Source: an uncultured Treponema sp. (GTDB lineage: Bacteria > Spirochaetota > Spirochaetia > Treponematales > Treponemataceae). From it: DNA of 64,000 nucleotides. A program made the translations under genes and the position numbers. The notes beneath the pieces were generated by a model that saw only the letters and a program-made list of their open reading frames with translations, did not search any database and was not told where the DNA came from. The stretch is from positions 3,836-67,835 of the forward strand of contig CAJPOF010000002.1 in assembly GCA_905372235.1 (NCBI GenBank), read 5' to 3'. Each line of letters opens with the position of its first letter. Positions within the stretch are counted from its first letter, which is position 1. Shown piece by piece: positions 38,012 through 48,249 of this stretch.

Positions 38012-39183
38012 GTGATGGCGCAATTTCACAGGATGAGATCGACGCATTGTTGGCGGGCGTTCAGCCTGACGGCTTGGATTCCACAGGTCAGGTGTCGAGC
38101 AGCTCTTCGGCTGCGATCGACAAGGATGCGCTCAAGACGTTCGCAGGAAACTTAAAAGCTCCGCTCGTTGAAAAACTCAACACCATGACGGGAGCGAATT
38201 TTACGGGCGGCGAGCCGATTGTCGAGGTTCTTGAAAGGGACTCTCTTTTGGTGAAACTTCCCGAGGTCGTGGTAGCGGTGTCGTCCGATTTTTCTACGGG
38301 ACTTTCGGGAGATCATCTTTATCTTCTTGCCCCTGAGTTCGCCCAAAAACTCGTGAATCTTGTTACCAAGGAAGAAAACGCCGACTTTGACGAGATGGCG
38401 CTTTCGTGCATATGCGATGTGGTCGCCATGCACACGGGTTCCGAGGTGCAGGAACTTGACAAGACGGGAAAACTTTCAGGTGTCTCATGCAATCCGGGCG
38501 AAGCGGTGAACAATCCAAAGGCGATGATTCGTATTCCACAGAACAAGTTTGCGCTCTTCAGTTATCCTGTGTCTTTGGATGGCAAGAACTACACTCTTTG
38601 GGAAGCGATCGGGGGGCAGGCGGCGGAGCAGATAAGCAAGGCTTACGGCGGAAACGCTTCTCAGGCGGATTCGCCTTCTCAGAACGCACCGAACATGGCT
38701 TCCCTCGGAGGAATGGGTGGCGCGGCAGGCGGCGGAATGCCTCAAATGAACATGGGCATGCCTAACATGGGAATGCAGATGGGCGGAATGCCGCAGATGC
38801 AAATGCAGATGCCCATGGGGAACATGGGAATGCCTCCTTCGGGACAGAACATGGGCTTCAACGTTCCGAACGTGCAGAATCTTCAATATCCTAATCTGAT
38901 GGGTGCAAACCTCTCCGGCGAAGCGCAGAACATAAGTCTCATCATGGACGTATACATGGAGATGACTGTAGAACTGGGACGCACCAAAAAGCAGATAAAG
39001 GATATTTTGGGAATGGGAGAAGGAACAATCATCGAGCTTGACAAACTTGCCGGTGAACCTGTGGACATTCTTGTAAACCATAAGCCTATCGCCAAGGGAG
39101 AGGTTGTGGTCATAGACGAAAACTTCGGTGTCCGTGTTACAGAAATTCTTTCTCCTCTTGAAAGAGTGTCGAACTTGAAATAG
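38008..39183 (+). CDS. fliY: flagellar switch protein FliY/FliN
   Basis: ISQDEIDALL, CheC-like middle, FliN domain TVELGRT..GEVVVIDENFGVR. Confidence 0.9.
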   Translation: MSDGAISQDEIDALLAGVQPDGLDSTGQVSSSSSAAIDKDALKTFAGNLKAPLVEKLNTMTGANFTGGEPIVEVLERDSLLVKLPEVVVAVSSDFSTGLSGDHLYLLAPEFAQKLVNLVTKEENADFDEMALSCICDVVAMHTGSEVQELDKTGKLSGVSCNPGEAVNNPKAMIRIPQNKFALFSYPVSLDGKNYTLWEAIGGQAAEQISKAYGGNASQADSPSQNAPNMASLGGMGGAAGGGMPQMNMGMPNMGMQMGGMPQMQMQMPMGNMGMPPSGQNMGFNVPNVQNLQYPNLMGANLSGEAQNISLIMDVYMEMTVELGRTKKQIKDILGMGEGTIIELDKLAGEPVDILVNHKPIAKGEVVVIDENFGVRVTEILSPLERVSNLK

Positions 39184-39235
39184 TTGTGTGAAACTTTCCT
39201 GCGTTGGGGAATGTGGGAAAGTAAAATAAATATGG

Positions 39236-39907
39236 GTGGGGAAAAATTTGAGAATCTCAAAAAAAACAGCCGCGATAATTGCGTTCATTTTTGCGTTCAG
39301 CATAGGAATCCATTCACAGGCAAAACCTTCGACTGTTCCTGAATCTAAAGGAGAGAGTCCGAATGAGGGAACACGGATTGAAATTCCTTCCGACGACGTT
39401 CCTTTTTCATTTTCGAATCCGGCGGTGGATGAACATTCGAAAAGAGGAAGCACTTTCTTTCTGTTTGTGAGAATGCTTTTTGTCCTTGCGTTTGTGGTGG
39501 CATGCATATACGGCGTGATGTGGCTGATGAAAAGGAGCATGAAGACGAATCCGAGGAACAGCGACCCTTTTTTGCGGAACGTGTCTTCGATAGATTTGGC
39601 GGTGGGAAAATCCGTCCATGTGGTAACGCTTTTGGACCACGCCTATGTTGTAGGGGTGTCTGACGATTCGGTGAGCCTTATAGGGACGCTGGATTCGGAT
39701 AACGACAAGGACAGGGAACTTATAAACGCCATGAACCTTTATGCGGACGAACATCAGAATGTGCGGAAACCCAAGAGTTTTTCGGATGTGCTTGAAATTT
39801 TTATGCCGTCGGGAACAAAGGAAAAAGGCGGCATCTTTGGCGATGCGCAGAAAAAGATGAACAAAAACATGGAAAGCCAAAGAAGCAAGTTGAACGGCGG
39901 TGAATAA
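39236..39907 (+). CDS. fliO: flagellar export chaperone FliO/FliZ
   Basis: TM helix followed by SVHVV..YVVGVS beta region; between fliY and fliP. Confidence 0.8.
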   Translation: MGKNLRISKKTAAIIAFIFAFSIGIHSQAKPSTVPESKGESPNEGTRIEIPSDDVPFSFSNPAVDEHSKRGSTFFLFVRMLFVLAFVVACIYGVMWLMKRSMKTNPRNSDPFLRNVSSIDLAVGKSVHVVTLLDHAYVVGVSDDSVSLIGTLDSDNDKDRELINAMNLYADEHQNVRKPKSFSDVLEIFMPSGTKEKGGIFGDAQKKMNKNMESQRSKLNGGE

Positions 39908-40744
39908 GTGAAGTTTTTTTCCGGATTTTTTTCTAAGATTCTCGTTTTAATTCTGTTTTTCGCCTGCGTTTTTCCGGTGTTCTCGCAGCAGTCAAGGTCT
40001 TTTCCCGAAGGTTCGTCCCAAGGGAACACAGAAATTGGAAGGGGCATACGTCCGATTGACGTTCCGAACATCAGCGTGCAGATAACAGAACCTAGGAGCG
40101 GCGAGGAGGTTGCGTTCTCGGTAAGGCTTCTTCTGATTCTTACCGTATTGACAATCGCGCCGAGCCTTCTTCTTTTGGTTACCTGCTTTCTCCGTTTTTC
40201 AATAGTGCTTGATTTCATAAAGCGCGCGCTTTCGTTGCAGCAGGTTCCACCGACGGCAGTTCTGAACGGCATCGCGTTTTTCATGACCGTTTTTGTGATG
40301 TGGCCTACTTTCACGGAGATATACACAAAATCGTACAAACCGATGGCGGATGGAAACATATCGATAGAGGCTGCCATAAAAGGCGCGGAAGTTCCCGTAA
40401 AATCGTTCATGTACAGCCAGATGAAAGGGGACGAAAGTTACATAATGATGTTCATGAACATGGCAAAACTCGAAAAGCCTTCGGAAAGCGTTACAGAAAT
40501 TCCGTTTTACGTGATGGTTCCGGCATTCATTCTGCATGAACTTACGGTCGCATTCAAAATAGGGGTGATTCTTTACATTCCGTTCATAATAATCGACATG
40601 GTAGTGGCGAGCATTCTTATGTCCATGGGAATGATGATGCTTCCGCCGGTTCAGATATCCATGCCATTCAAACTGATGCTTTTTGTGCTGGTGGACGGCT
40701 GGGGGCTTTTGACCACGCAGCTTTTCGCTTCCGTCTTACATTAG
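39908..40744 (+). CDS. fliP: flagellar export protein FliP
   Basis: QQVPP, AFKIG, MGMMMLPP, LFVLVDGW. Confidence 0.96.
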   Translation: MKFFSGFFSKILVLILFFACVFPVFSQQSRSFPEGSSQGNTEIGRGIRPIDVPNISVQITEPRSGEEVAFSVRLLLILTVLTIAPSLLLLVTCFLRFSIVLDFIKRALSLQQVPPTAVLNGIAFFMTVFVMWPTFTEIYTKSYKPMADGNISIEAAIKGAEVPVKSFMYSQMKGDESYIMMFMNMAKLEKPSESVTEIPFYVMVPAFILHELTVAFKIGVILYIPFIIIDMVVASILMSMGMMMLPPVQISMPFKLMLFVLVDGWGLLTTQLFASVLH

Positions 40745-40768
40745 CCTTTTTTATGAAGGAGAAGAAGT

Positions 40769-41038
40769 ATGAGTATCGGCACGTTGGTTAATTTGATGAG
40801 GGGCGGAATCGAAGAGGTGTTCATATTGATTCTTCCTGTTCTTAGCGCAGCTTTGGTCATAGGACTTGTGGTTGCGATTTTTCAGGCGACGACTTCAATA
40901 CAGGAGCAGACGCTTACGTTCCTTCCGAAACTTGTGATAATTCTTGTTGTGCTTGCCCTTTTGGGAAGCTGGATGTTCAGCGACATAAGGGACTACACGA
41001 TAACCCTTTTCAGGATGATTCCTGCCATGGCTCGTTAG
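40769..41038 (+). CDS. fliQ: flagellar export protein FliQ
   Basis: FQATTSIQEQTLTFLPK. Confidence 0.96.
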   Translation: MSIGTLVNLMRGGIEEVFILILPVLSAALVIGLVVAIFQATTSIQEQTLTFLPKLVIILVVLALLGSWMFSDIRDYTITLFRMIPAMAR

Positions 41039-41044
41039 CGGTTT

Positions 41045-41860
41045 TTGAATATGCTGGAAGAGATTTTTTCGAAGGGGAGCGTTTTCATGCTTGTTGCCGC
41101 AAGGAGCATGGGGCTTCTTTTTACTCTGCCGCTTTTCTCGATGAGGACTGTGCCAAGGGGAACAAAAATCGCCCTTGCAGGCTACATGGCGTACATAATG
41201 ATGGGCTTTGCGGATTATTCTCCATATTCGGCTGCCATATCTTTGGACGGCGCTTTCAGCCTGCATTATCTTCTCCTTCTGCTTGGTGAGGGCATGATAG
41301 GAATCATAATGGGCTTTTACGTCTCGATAATATTCGCGGCGTTCAGCACGGCAGGACAGTTCTTCGCTTTCCAGATGGGATTCAGCGCGGCATCTGCCTA
41401 CGATTCTCTTTCTCAGGTTGAAAATCCGCTTATGGGGCAGTTTTTGAACCTTGTTTCGATGCTGATTTTCATGCAGAACCAGTGGTTCCAGAAACTTTTT
41501 GTGCGAGGTCTTGCCGAGAGCATAGCCTCCCTGAACGCTTTTGAACTTGTGGCGGCAAAGGATATGATGGTGCGTTTCCTTCTTAGGGGACTTTCAAATC
41601 TTTTTGCTGACGCCATGCTGATTGCGCTTCCTATAATGGGGACTTTGCTTCTTGTTTCTGTGTGCATGGGGCTTCTTTCAAAGGCCGCCCCCCAGATGAA
41701 CCTTCTTTCCGAGGGATTTCCGATAATGATTCTGCTTTCGTTTCTTGTGTTCGTGGCTCTTTTCCCGTCTTTGTGCGATTTTTTTATCCGTTCGTTCAAC
41801 ACCGGCATAAACGACCTGTACAGGTTCTTCCTTGATGTGGGAAAAGGAGGGCTTTCGTGA
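41045..41860 (+). CDS. fliR: flagellar export protein FliR
   Basis: AGQ..FQMGF, KAAPQMN..GFP, multi-TM. Confidence 0.93.
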   Translation: MNMLEEIFSKGSVFMLVAARSMGLLFTLPLFSMRTVPRGTKIALAGYMAYIMMGFADYSPYSAAISLDGAFSLHYLLLLLGEGMIGIIMGFYVSIIFAAFSTAGQFFAFQMGFSAASAYDSLSQVENPLMGQFLNLVSMLIFMQNQWFQKLFVRGLAESIASLNAFELVAAKDMMVRFLLRGLSNLFADAMLIALPIMGTLLLVSVCMGLLSKAAPQMNLLSEGFPIMILLSFLVFVALFPSLCDFFIRSFNTGINDLYRFFLDVGKGGLS

Positions 41861-42960
41861 AGTCTGACTTGCTTGACCTTCAGTGGTTTGCTGCCGAGGA
41901 CGAAGGAAGAACGGAAGAGCCGTCGGAGTACAAACTCCGTAAGGCAAGGGAGGAAGGGCGCGTTCCCAAAAGCCAGGACTTGAACTCGTCTTTGGTGTTC
42001 CTTTTTACGGTTATAGTCCTTGTATTTCTTTCAAAGTCCATACTTTCGGGCTGCGCCGAGATAATGAGATTTTTCTTCACTCGCTGCAACGAAAGCGAGG
42101 TCGCAAATCCAAGGTTCGCCTATGTGTTCGCAAGGTATTTTGCCCGCCTTGTTCTTCCCGTTTCTCTTTCGGGGATTGCGGCTGGAATCACAGGGAACAT
42201 AATCCAAAACCGCGGGCTTATCTTCACGCTGAAGCCTATAGAGCCGAAATTCTCTAAAATCATTCCGAAATTCGGCGAATACTTCAAGAACACGCTTTTC
42301 AGTTTCAAGGGGATTTTCAATATCGTGAAGTCCATCGGAAAAGTGGCTGTCATAGTCGCAATCGCCTACCTGATAATAAGGCGGAACATTCCTCTTCTTG
42401 TCCATACGATAAAAACAGGAAACGTGCTTTCTTCTTTTTCAATGGTTTCCCGAATCGCAGCCCAGCTCGCTTTGATTGTATCTGTAATTTTCATAATCGT
42501 CGCCATACCCGACTATTTTGTTCAGAGGCGTGAGTTCATGGAATCCATGAAGATGACAAAATACGAGCAGAAGCAGGAATACAAGGAGATGGAGGGCGAC
42601 CCGGAGATAAAAAGCAGGCTGATGGCAGAGCAGAGGCGTATTCTAAGTCAGAATGTAAGGAAGGCGGTAAGCGAGGCGGACGTGGTCATCACGAACCCTA
42701 CGCATTTTGCTGTTTCCATGAAGTACGACCCTTCGGTGACGGACGCTCCTTCAGTTACGGCAAAGGGGCAGGACGAAATCGCGCTTCTTATGCGGAGGAT
42801 AGCGGACGACAACGGCGTTCCAATCGTCGAAAACCGTCCGCTTGCCCGTGCGCTCTATGCAGATACCGAAGTTGGTGATATAATACCTGACAAATATTGG
42901 CATGTACTTGCTGAAATATATGCCGAGGTTGGAAAATACAACTCAAAAAGTATTGAGTAA
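41857..42960 (+). CDS. flhB: flagellar export protein FlhB
   Basis: RTEEPS, EGDPE, NPTH autocleavage site, PLARALY. Confidence 0.96.
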   Translation: MKSDLLDLQWFAAEDEGRTEEPSEYKLRKAREEGRVPKSQDLNSSLVFLFTVIVLVFLSKSILSGCAEIMRFFFTRCNESEVANPRFAYVFARYFARLVLPVSLSGIAAGITGNIIQNRGLIFTLKPIEPKFSKIIPKFGEYFKNTLFSFKGIFNIVKSIGKVAVIVAIAYLIIRRNIPLLVHTIKTGNVLSSFSMVSRIAAQLALIVSVIFIIVAIPDYFVQRREFMESMKMTKYEQKQEYKEMEGDPEIKSRLMAEQRRILSQNVRKAVSEADVVITNPTHFAVSMKYDPSVTDAPSVTAKGQDEIALLMRRIADDNGVPIVENRPLARALYADTEVGDIIPDKYWHVLAEIYAEVGKYNSKSIE

Positions 42961-42980
42961 TTTGTCAAGGGTGGGGACTA

Positions 42981-45125
42981 ATGGCAAACGAATCAAGGGG
43001 AAGCAGTTTTTTTGGCTTTGTTTCAAAGAATATGATAGCGGTGGCGGCTGTTGTGGTCGTCCTCATGCTAATCCTGCCTATCCCTAAATTCTTGATAGAC
43101 ATATTGATGACTCTGAATCTTGCGATATCCATAGTGATATTGCTGGTGGTGGTATACACGCCCAGGGCGTCAAGTTTTTCCTCGTTTCCGCAGATGATTC
43201 TTTTTGTCACCATATTCGGACTTGGAATAAACATATCGTCGACAAAACTAATTCTTTCCGCAGACGGCAAGGCAGGAATCGATGCCCTTAGGGGAAACCA
43301 AAGCGCTATGGTTCAGGCTTTTGCCAATATAGTCGCCGGAAACAACCTTGTCATAGGCTTTGTGATATTCGTAATCCTTATAGTTGTTCAGGTTGTTGTA
43401 ATCACAAAGGGAGCTGGAAGGGTTTCCGAGGTGGCGGCAAGGTTCACCTTGGACTCGATGTCCACAAAGCAGTTCGACATAGACAACCAGCTGAACAGCG
43501 GCTACATCACGGAGGACGAGGCCCGCAGCATGAAAGAAGAGCTTCGCCGTGACATAGATTTTTACTCCAACATGGACGGTTCTTCCAAATTCGTTTCGGG
43601 AAACGTCAAGGCGGGAATATTCATAACCGTAGTAAATCTCATAGGCGGTCTTGTGGTAGGAAAGGTGCAGAACCACTTGGATTTCCTTTCTTCGCTTGAG
43701 ATTTACTCAAAACTTACAATAGGAGACGGGCTTTTAAGCCAGCTTCCTTCGCTTATGCTTTCGTTCGCTACCGGTGTCCTTGTTACTGCCGACAAGTCGG
43801 AAAAGACGCTGGGCGAGCAGGTCATACATAATTTTACCATCGATGGAACGATATACGAGATAGTCGGCGCTGTTTTGGTGGTTATCGGAATCGTTTTCCA
43901 TAACGACACTATACTGTTCCTGCTTCCAATCGGTTCTATTCTGATTTGGTACGGCTTCCGTCTTTCAAAGAAAAAAGATGTCGAGGCTGCCACGAAGGCA
44001 AAAAAGGAGGCGGAATCCAAGGCTTCGTCCGAGAAGCAGGGAAAGGGAAGCGCAGAAAGCGATTCCGTCGCGCCGTTGGACGACCTTTCGCTGGAACTAG
44101 GCTATGCGCTTCTTCCGCTTGTAAGCGAAGAGGCAGGCGCTGAACTCCTTGACAGAATCTCAAGGATAAGGAAAGAGTCTGCGCTTGACATAGGGCTTCC
44201 CGTCCCCAAGATAAGAATAATCGACAACATGAACCTGAATCCAAACGAGTACAGTTTTAAGTTGCGGGGAATAGAAGTGGGGCGGAGCGCAATACGGCTT
44301 GGCTACTATATGTGCATGAACACAGGCTCCGTTCTTGAAGAGATAAAAGGCGAGGCGACCAAAGATCCTACGTTCGGAATGCCTGCGATATGGGTTCCCG
44401 AAGCCCAGCGCGTCGAGGCGGAGCAGGCAGGCTACGTTGTAGTCGATCCGCCGACCATAATAGCCACCCATCTTACGGAACTCATAAGAAACCATGCCCA
44501 CGAGATTCTTGGGCGCAAGGAAGTCTCGCTTCTTGTCGGAAAGGTCAAGGAGACAAATCCAATTGTGGTTCAGGAGGTCATGGAAGGCGATCACCGCATG
44601 ACGTACGGCGACATAGAGAAAGTCTTGAAGGAACTTCTTAGGGAGCAGGTTTCCATCCGGAACATGGTAACGGTTCTTGAGACGCTTGCGAACTACAAAA
44701 ACATAACCGGAAGTACATGGGATCTTGTCGGAAAGGTAAGGGAGGCTTTGGGGCTTCAGATATGTCTTCAATATGCCGATGAAGACAGGCAGCTTAGGGT
44801 CATAAACCTTTCTCAGGAATGGCAGGAAAAAGTCCTTGAGTTTTCACAGGTTCCTTCCGACGGCTCAAGACCTTACGTGGCGTTCGATCCTGTTACCGGA
44901 AGGCAATGGATAAAAAATGTCAGCGATGAGGTCGCGGCTGTAAGCGCATCCGGCTATCAGCCTGTCATTCTTTGCTCAAGCGTGATAAGGCTTCAGGTAA
45001 AGACCGCCGTAGAGAGAGAACTTCCGGGCATCGTGGTGATTTCCGACAAGGAAATCGTGTCGGCAGGCTCTTCAATTTCTATTACAGTGTTGGGCACAGT
45101 GAACTATCGAGAAGGTGCGTATTAG
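42981..45125 (+). CDS. flhA: flagellar export gate protein FlhA
   Basis: ITKGAGRVSEVAARFTLD, MDG.SKFV, TIGDGL, EQVSIRN. Confidence 0.95.
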   Translation: MANESRGSSFFGFVSKNMIAVAAVVVVLMLILPIPKFLIDILMTLNLAISIVILLVVVYTPRASSFSSFPQMILFVTIFGLGINISSTKLILSADGKAGIDALRGNQSAMVQAFANIVAGNNLVIGFVIFVILIVVQVVVITKGAGRVSEVAARFTLDSMSTKQFDIDNQLNSGYITEDEARSMKEELRRDIDFYSNMDGSSKFVSGNVKAGIFITVVNLIGGLVVGKVQNHLDFLSSLEIYSKLTIGDGLLSQLPSLMLSFATGVLVTADKSEKTLGEQVIHNFTIDGTIYEIVGAVLVVIGIVFHNDTILFLLPIGSILIWYGFRLSKKKDVEAATKAKKEAESKASSEKQGKGSAESDSVAPLDDLSLELGYALLPLVSEEAGAELLDRISRIRKESALDIGLPVPKIRIIDNMNLNPNEYSFKLRGIEVGRSAIRLGYYMCMNTGSVLEEIKGEATKDPTFGMPAIWVPEAQRVEAEQAGYVVVDPPTIIATHLTELIRNHAHEILGRKEVSLLVGKVKETNPIVVQEVMEGDHRMTYGDIEKVLKELLREQVSIRNMVTVLETLANYKNITGSTWDLVGKVREALGLQICLQYADEDRQLRVINLSQEWQEKVLEFSQVPSDGSRPYVAFDPVTGRQWIKNVSDEVAAVSASGYQPVILCSSVIRLQVKTAVERELPGIVVISDKEIVSAGSSISITVLGTVNYREGAY

Positions 45126-45126
45126 T

Positions 45127-46413
45127 ATGACTATGGACATGAACGTGGAAGCGGTGCATACGTTGCGGGTAAAAAACTACGACGAGGCAAGGCAAAAACT
45201 TTTTGAGCGATACAAGACGGACTATACAATCGTTGACCAAAGGCGGATTCCAAAGCCGGGATTTTTGGGTATTTTCCAAAGGGAAGAACTTGAGGTCCTT
45301 TACAAAATAAAGACAAGGACAAATCCTCAGGATTTCCAAAATCCGTATGTGAATTCCGTGGATGCGCTTCATTCTTTAGGCGAAAAGCCGCTCGATTTTG
45401 AGAAAAACAAGTCCGAGATTTTAAAGAAGGCGTCTAAAGTTGTCCCGAACATAGTCTCGTCAGCAAAGGTCGAAAGCCAGGTTCTTGACATGGGAAAAAA
45501 GATAGACGAGGTGCTTTCGATGGTGAAGGAACTTCCGTCCCATTCGTCCGCTTTGCATCCTACCATAACCCAAATTCAGTCGCTTTTATCGCAGAACGAA
45601 TTCTCTTTCTCTTTTGTTCAGTCCATCACAGAAAGGATAAAAAAGACTTTTCCGCTTGAGCAGCTTGACGATTTTGACATGGTGCAAAGAGCCGTCGTCG
45701 ACTGGATAGGCGAATCAATCGATGTTTCCGTTCCGGTGAACTACAAGCACCCAAGGGTTGTGATTATAGTAGGCCCTACAGGAACGGGAAAGACCACCAC
45801 CCTCGTGAAACTTGCCGCCCAGTTCATAAAGACATCCAAGGCAAAAGGAAGGTCGTGCGAGTTTTGTTTCATAACCACGGACACTATGAGGGTGGGTGCG
45901 TTGGAGCAGCTTACCAAGTTCGGAGACATCGTAGGAAAAACCGTCATAAAGGCGCACACCAAAGAAGATGTGACAGCCCTTTACGAGCAGTATAAGGACA
46001 ATGTTGACGCGATTTTCATAGACACGGGCGGTTACGGCCCTAACGACGCAAAGCACATAGCGGCAATGAAGGAGACGCTTTCCATTCAGGGCTTGAATCC
46101 CGAAGTATACCTTGCGTTTTCCGCCTCAACAAAGGCAAGGGATCTGCACAACATAATGCAGAACTACGAGCCGTTAGGTTATCATGGAATCATCGTAACA
46201 AAGTGCGACGAGTCCGAGCAGTACGGAAATGTCATAAGCGCATTGAGCGAGCGGCACAAGGCGGTGTCGTATGTTACCACCGGTCAGAAAATCACAGAGA
46301 CCTTGCTGAAAGGGGATGTGATATGGTTTTTGACGCGGCTTGAAGGCTTTAAGATAGACAGGATACATATTGAAGACAAATTCTATAAAGAAGATAAGAG
46401 CGAGGAAGACTAA
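45127..46413 (+). CDS. flhF: SRP-type GTPase FlhF
   Basis: [29 protein letters not shown]; exact start among 45115-45139 uncertain. Confidence 0.93.
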   Translation: MTMDMNVEAVHTLRVKNYDEARQKLFERYKTDYTIVDQRRIPKPGFLGIFQREELEVLYKIKTRTNPQDFQNPYVNSVDALHSLGEKPLDFEKNKSEILKKASKVVPNIVSSAKVESQVLDMGKKIDEVLSMVKELPSHSSALHPTITQIQSLLSQNEFSFSFVQSITERIKKTFPLEQLDDFDMVQRAVVDWIGESIDVSVPVNYKHPRVVIIVGPTGTGKTTTLVKLAAQFIKTSKAKGRSCEFCFITTDTMRVGALEQLTKFGDIVGKTVIKAHTKEDVTALYEQYKDNVDAIFIDTGGYGPNDAKHIAAMKETLSIQGLNPEVYLAFSASTKARDLHNIMQNYEPLGYHGIIVTKCDESEQYGNVISALSERHKAVSYVTTGQKITETLLKGDVIWFLTRLEGFKIDRIHIEDKFYKEDKSEED

Positions 46414-47294
46414 TGGAAGAACAGGCAGATGATTTGAGGGAATTCATTGGAAGCTACGAGGAAACGATTGCGACAAAGAAGAGCCATTCCACAAGGATTA
46501 TCGCTATAACAAGCGGAAAAGGCGGTGTGGGAAAGACGAATATTTCCGTTAACATGGCTATCGCATACGCCCAACTCGGGAAAAAAGTGATTCTCATAGA
46601 TGGCGACCTTGGCATGGCGAACGTCAACGTACTTTTGAATACCGTTCCTCAGTTCAACCTGATGCACGTGATAAACAAGAAAAAAACAATGAAGGAAATA
46701 ATTCTTGACACGGAATTCGGGATAAAGTTCATAGCGGGGGCAAACGGTTTTTCGAAAATCGCAAACCTTACCGTCGAGGAACTTGAGTATTTTGCAAAGC
46801 AGTTCAGCGCACTTGAAAACGCCGACATAATAATAATAGACACGGGAGCCGGAATCGCGAACAACGTCCTTCAGTTTGTGGCGGCAGCCGACGAAGTTTA
46901 TGTCGTTACAACGCCGGAACCGACAGCCATAACCGATGCCTACGGAATAATAAAAATCATCACCACCGAGATAATGGACAGGGCGGTGAACCTGAAACTT
47001 TTGGTGAACAGGGTTCATTCTGCGGACGAAGGAAAACGCATAGCCGAGCGCATCATAAACATAGTCGGGCAGTTTTTGGGCTATAAAATCGATTACATAG
47101 GTTTTGTCTACGACGACCCTGTGGTGCAGGCGTCCGTCATAAGACAGAAGCCGTTCATCGTGGTGAATTCCACGTCAAAGCCGTCGGTTTGCCTGAAGCA
47201 TATAGTAGGAAGGATTGAGAAGACCGAGACCGACGGAAACGAGGGAGTGGCTAATTTCCTCAAGAAATTCTTGGGCAAAAAGAGCAGAAATTGA
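46413..47294 (+). CDS. flhG: MinD-like ATPase FlhG/FleN
   Basis: [29 protein letters not shown]. Confidence 0.93.
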   Translation: MEEQADDLREFIGSYEETIATKKSHSTRIIAITSGKGGVGKTNISVNMAIAYAQLGKKVILIDGDLGMANVNVLLNTVPQFNLMHVINKKKTMKEIILDTEFGIKFIAGANGFSKIANLTVEELEYFAKQFSALENADIIIIDTGAGIANNVLQFVAAADEVYVVTTPEPTAITDAYGIIKIITTEIMDRAVNLKLLVNRVHSADEGKRIAERIINIVGQFLGYKIDYIGFVYDDPVVQASVIRQKPFIVVNSTSKPSVCLKHIVGRIEKTETDGNEGVANFLKKFLGKKSRN

Positions 47295-47364
47295 TAAATC
47301 GCTGTTTTTTTATGCTCATTTGTTATATAATTATCGCATTGAAAATTGGAATGGGAGGTAAAGA

Positions 47365-48207
47365 TTGAAAAATGTAAAAGTCATCGCAGGTTTTTCTGTT
47401 TTTGGCTTTCTCCTTTCGTTCCTGTTCGGGCTTTTTTCGAGGAGCGGATTTTTCCGTGTGCTGCTTTCAGCCTTTCTTTTTGCGGTTGTCTTTGCCGCCA
47501 TGGGCTTTATCGTTCAGTATGTGTTCAAAAATGTGCTGGACATGGGAATGGATTCCGAGGACGCGGGCTTTTCCGAGACTCCCTCTTCGGTGGGGCAGCA
47601 CGTTGACATCACTGTGGAAGAGGAGGATATTCCCGAATCCGGCGACGACTCTCACTTCATGGTGGGAACGAATCTTCAAATGCTGAACGAGAGTGATTAC
47701 GGTTCAGGCGGAAAGGAAGTCAAGGAAGAGCCTTCGATAAATTCTTCTTCGGCGGAAGGGGCAAAAGTCGAGATGAAGGCTGAGGAGAAGCCTTCTGTTC
47801 CTGATGAAAAAAAAAATACTGAGGGTGATGAAAAGAATTCTGCAAGGTCAAAGATTGCTTTTGAAAATGAGGCAGGTTCTTCGTCGTCAAGTTTTGTTCC
47901 TGTGGCTCTTGCCCAGGCGGAGCAAAAAACTGATGTGTCTGTAGAACCGGAAATGCCGCCTTCGGTTGAATCCGGGCCTGAAACTAAGGCAGAACCGTCT
48001 CCTTCGGAGGAACTTGACACACTTCCAGAACTTGAGGAGATAACGGCGTTTACCCCGAAGATTTCCCAAGAATCCTTCGAAGAAAAAGAGAGCGAAGATT
48101 CAGGGGGAACTTCGGCTCCAAAACTTGAGGCTTCCGAAATTGCGGAAGGAAAGGATGTCTCTCTTATGGCAAAGGCGATAAGCACCTTGCTTTCAAAAGA
48201 CAGTTGA
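47365..48207 (+). CDS. hypothetical membrane protein, 2 TM + acidic linker + terminal helix
   Basis: RBS GGAGG before TTG; between flhG and fliA. Confidence 0.75.
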   Translation: MKNVKVIAGFSVFGFLLSFLFGLFSRSGFFRVLLSAFLFAVVFAAMGFIVQYVFKNVLDMGMDSEDAGFSETPSSVGQHVDITVEEEDIPESGDDSHFMVGTNLQMLNESDYGSGGKEVKEEPSINSSSAEGAKVEMKAEEKPSVPDEKKNTEGDEKNSARSKIAFENEAGSSSSSFVPVALAQAEQKTDVSVEPEMPPSVESGPETKAEPSPSEELDTLPELEEITAFTPKISQESFEEKESEDSGGTSAPKLEASEIAEGKDVSLMAKAISTLLSKDS

Positions 48208-48249
48208 TTGTTTTTCAGAATAGAACCACTTTAAGGATAAGGATAGGAC

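Noticed and set aside
38485..39540. 351-aa antisense ORF with His-rich tract
   Set aside because: Shadow of fliY/fliO; CAT codons are the reverse complement of the Met-rich linker
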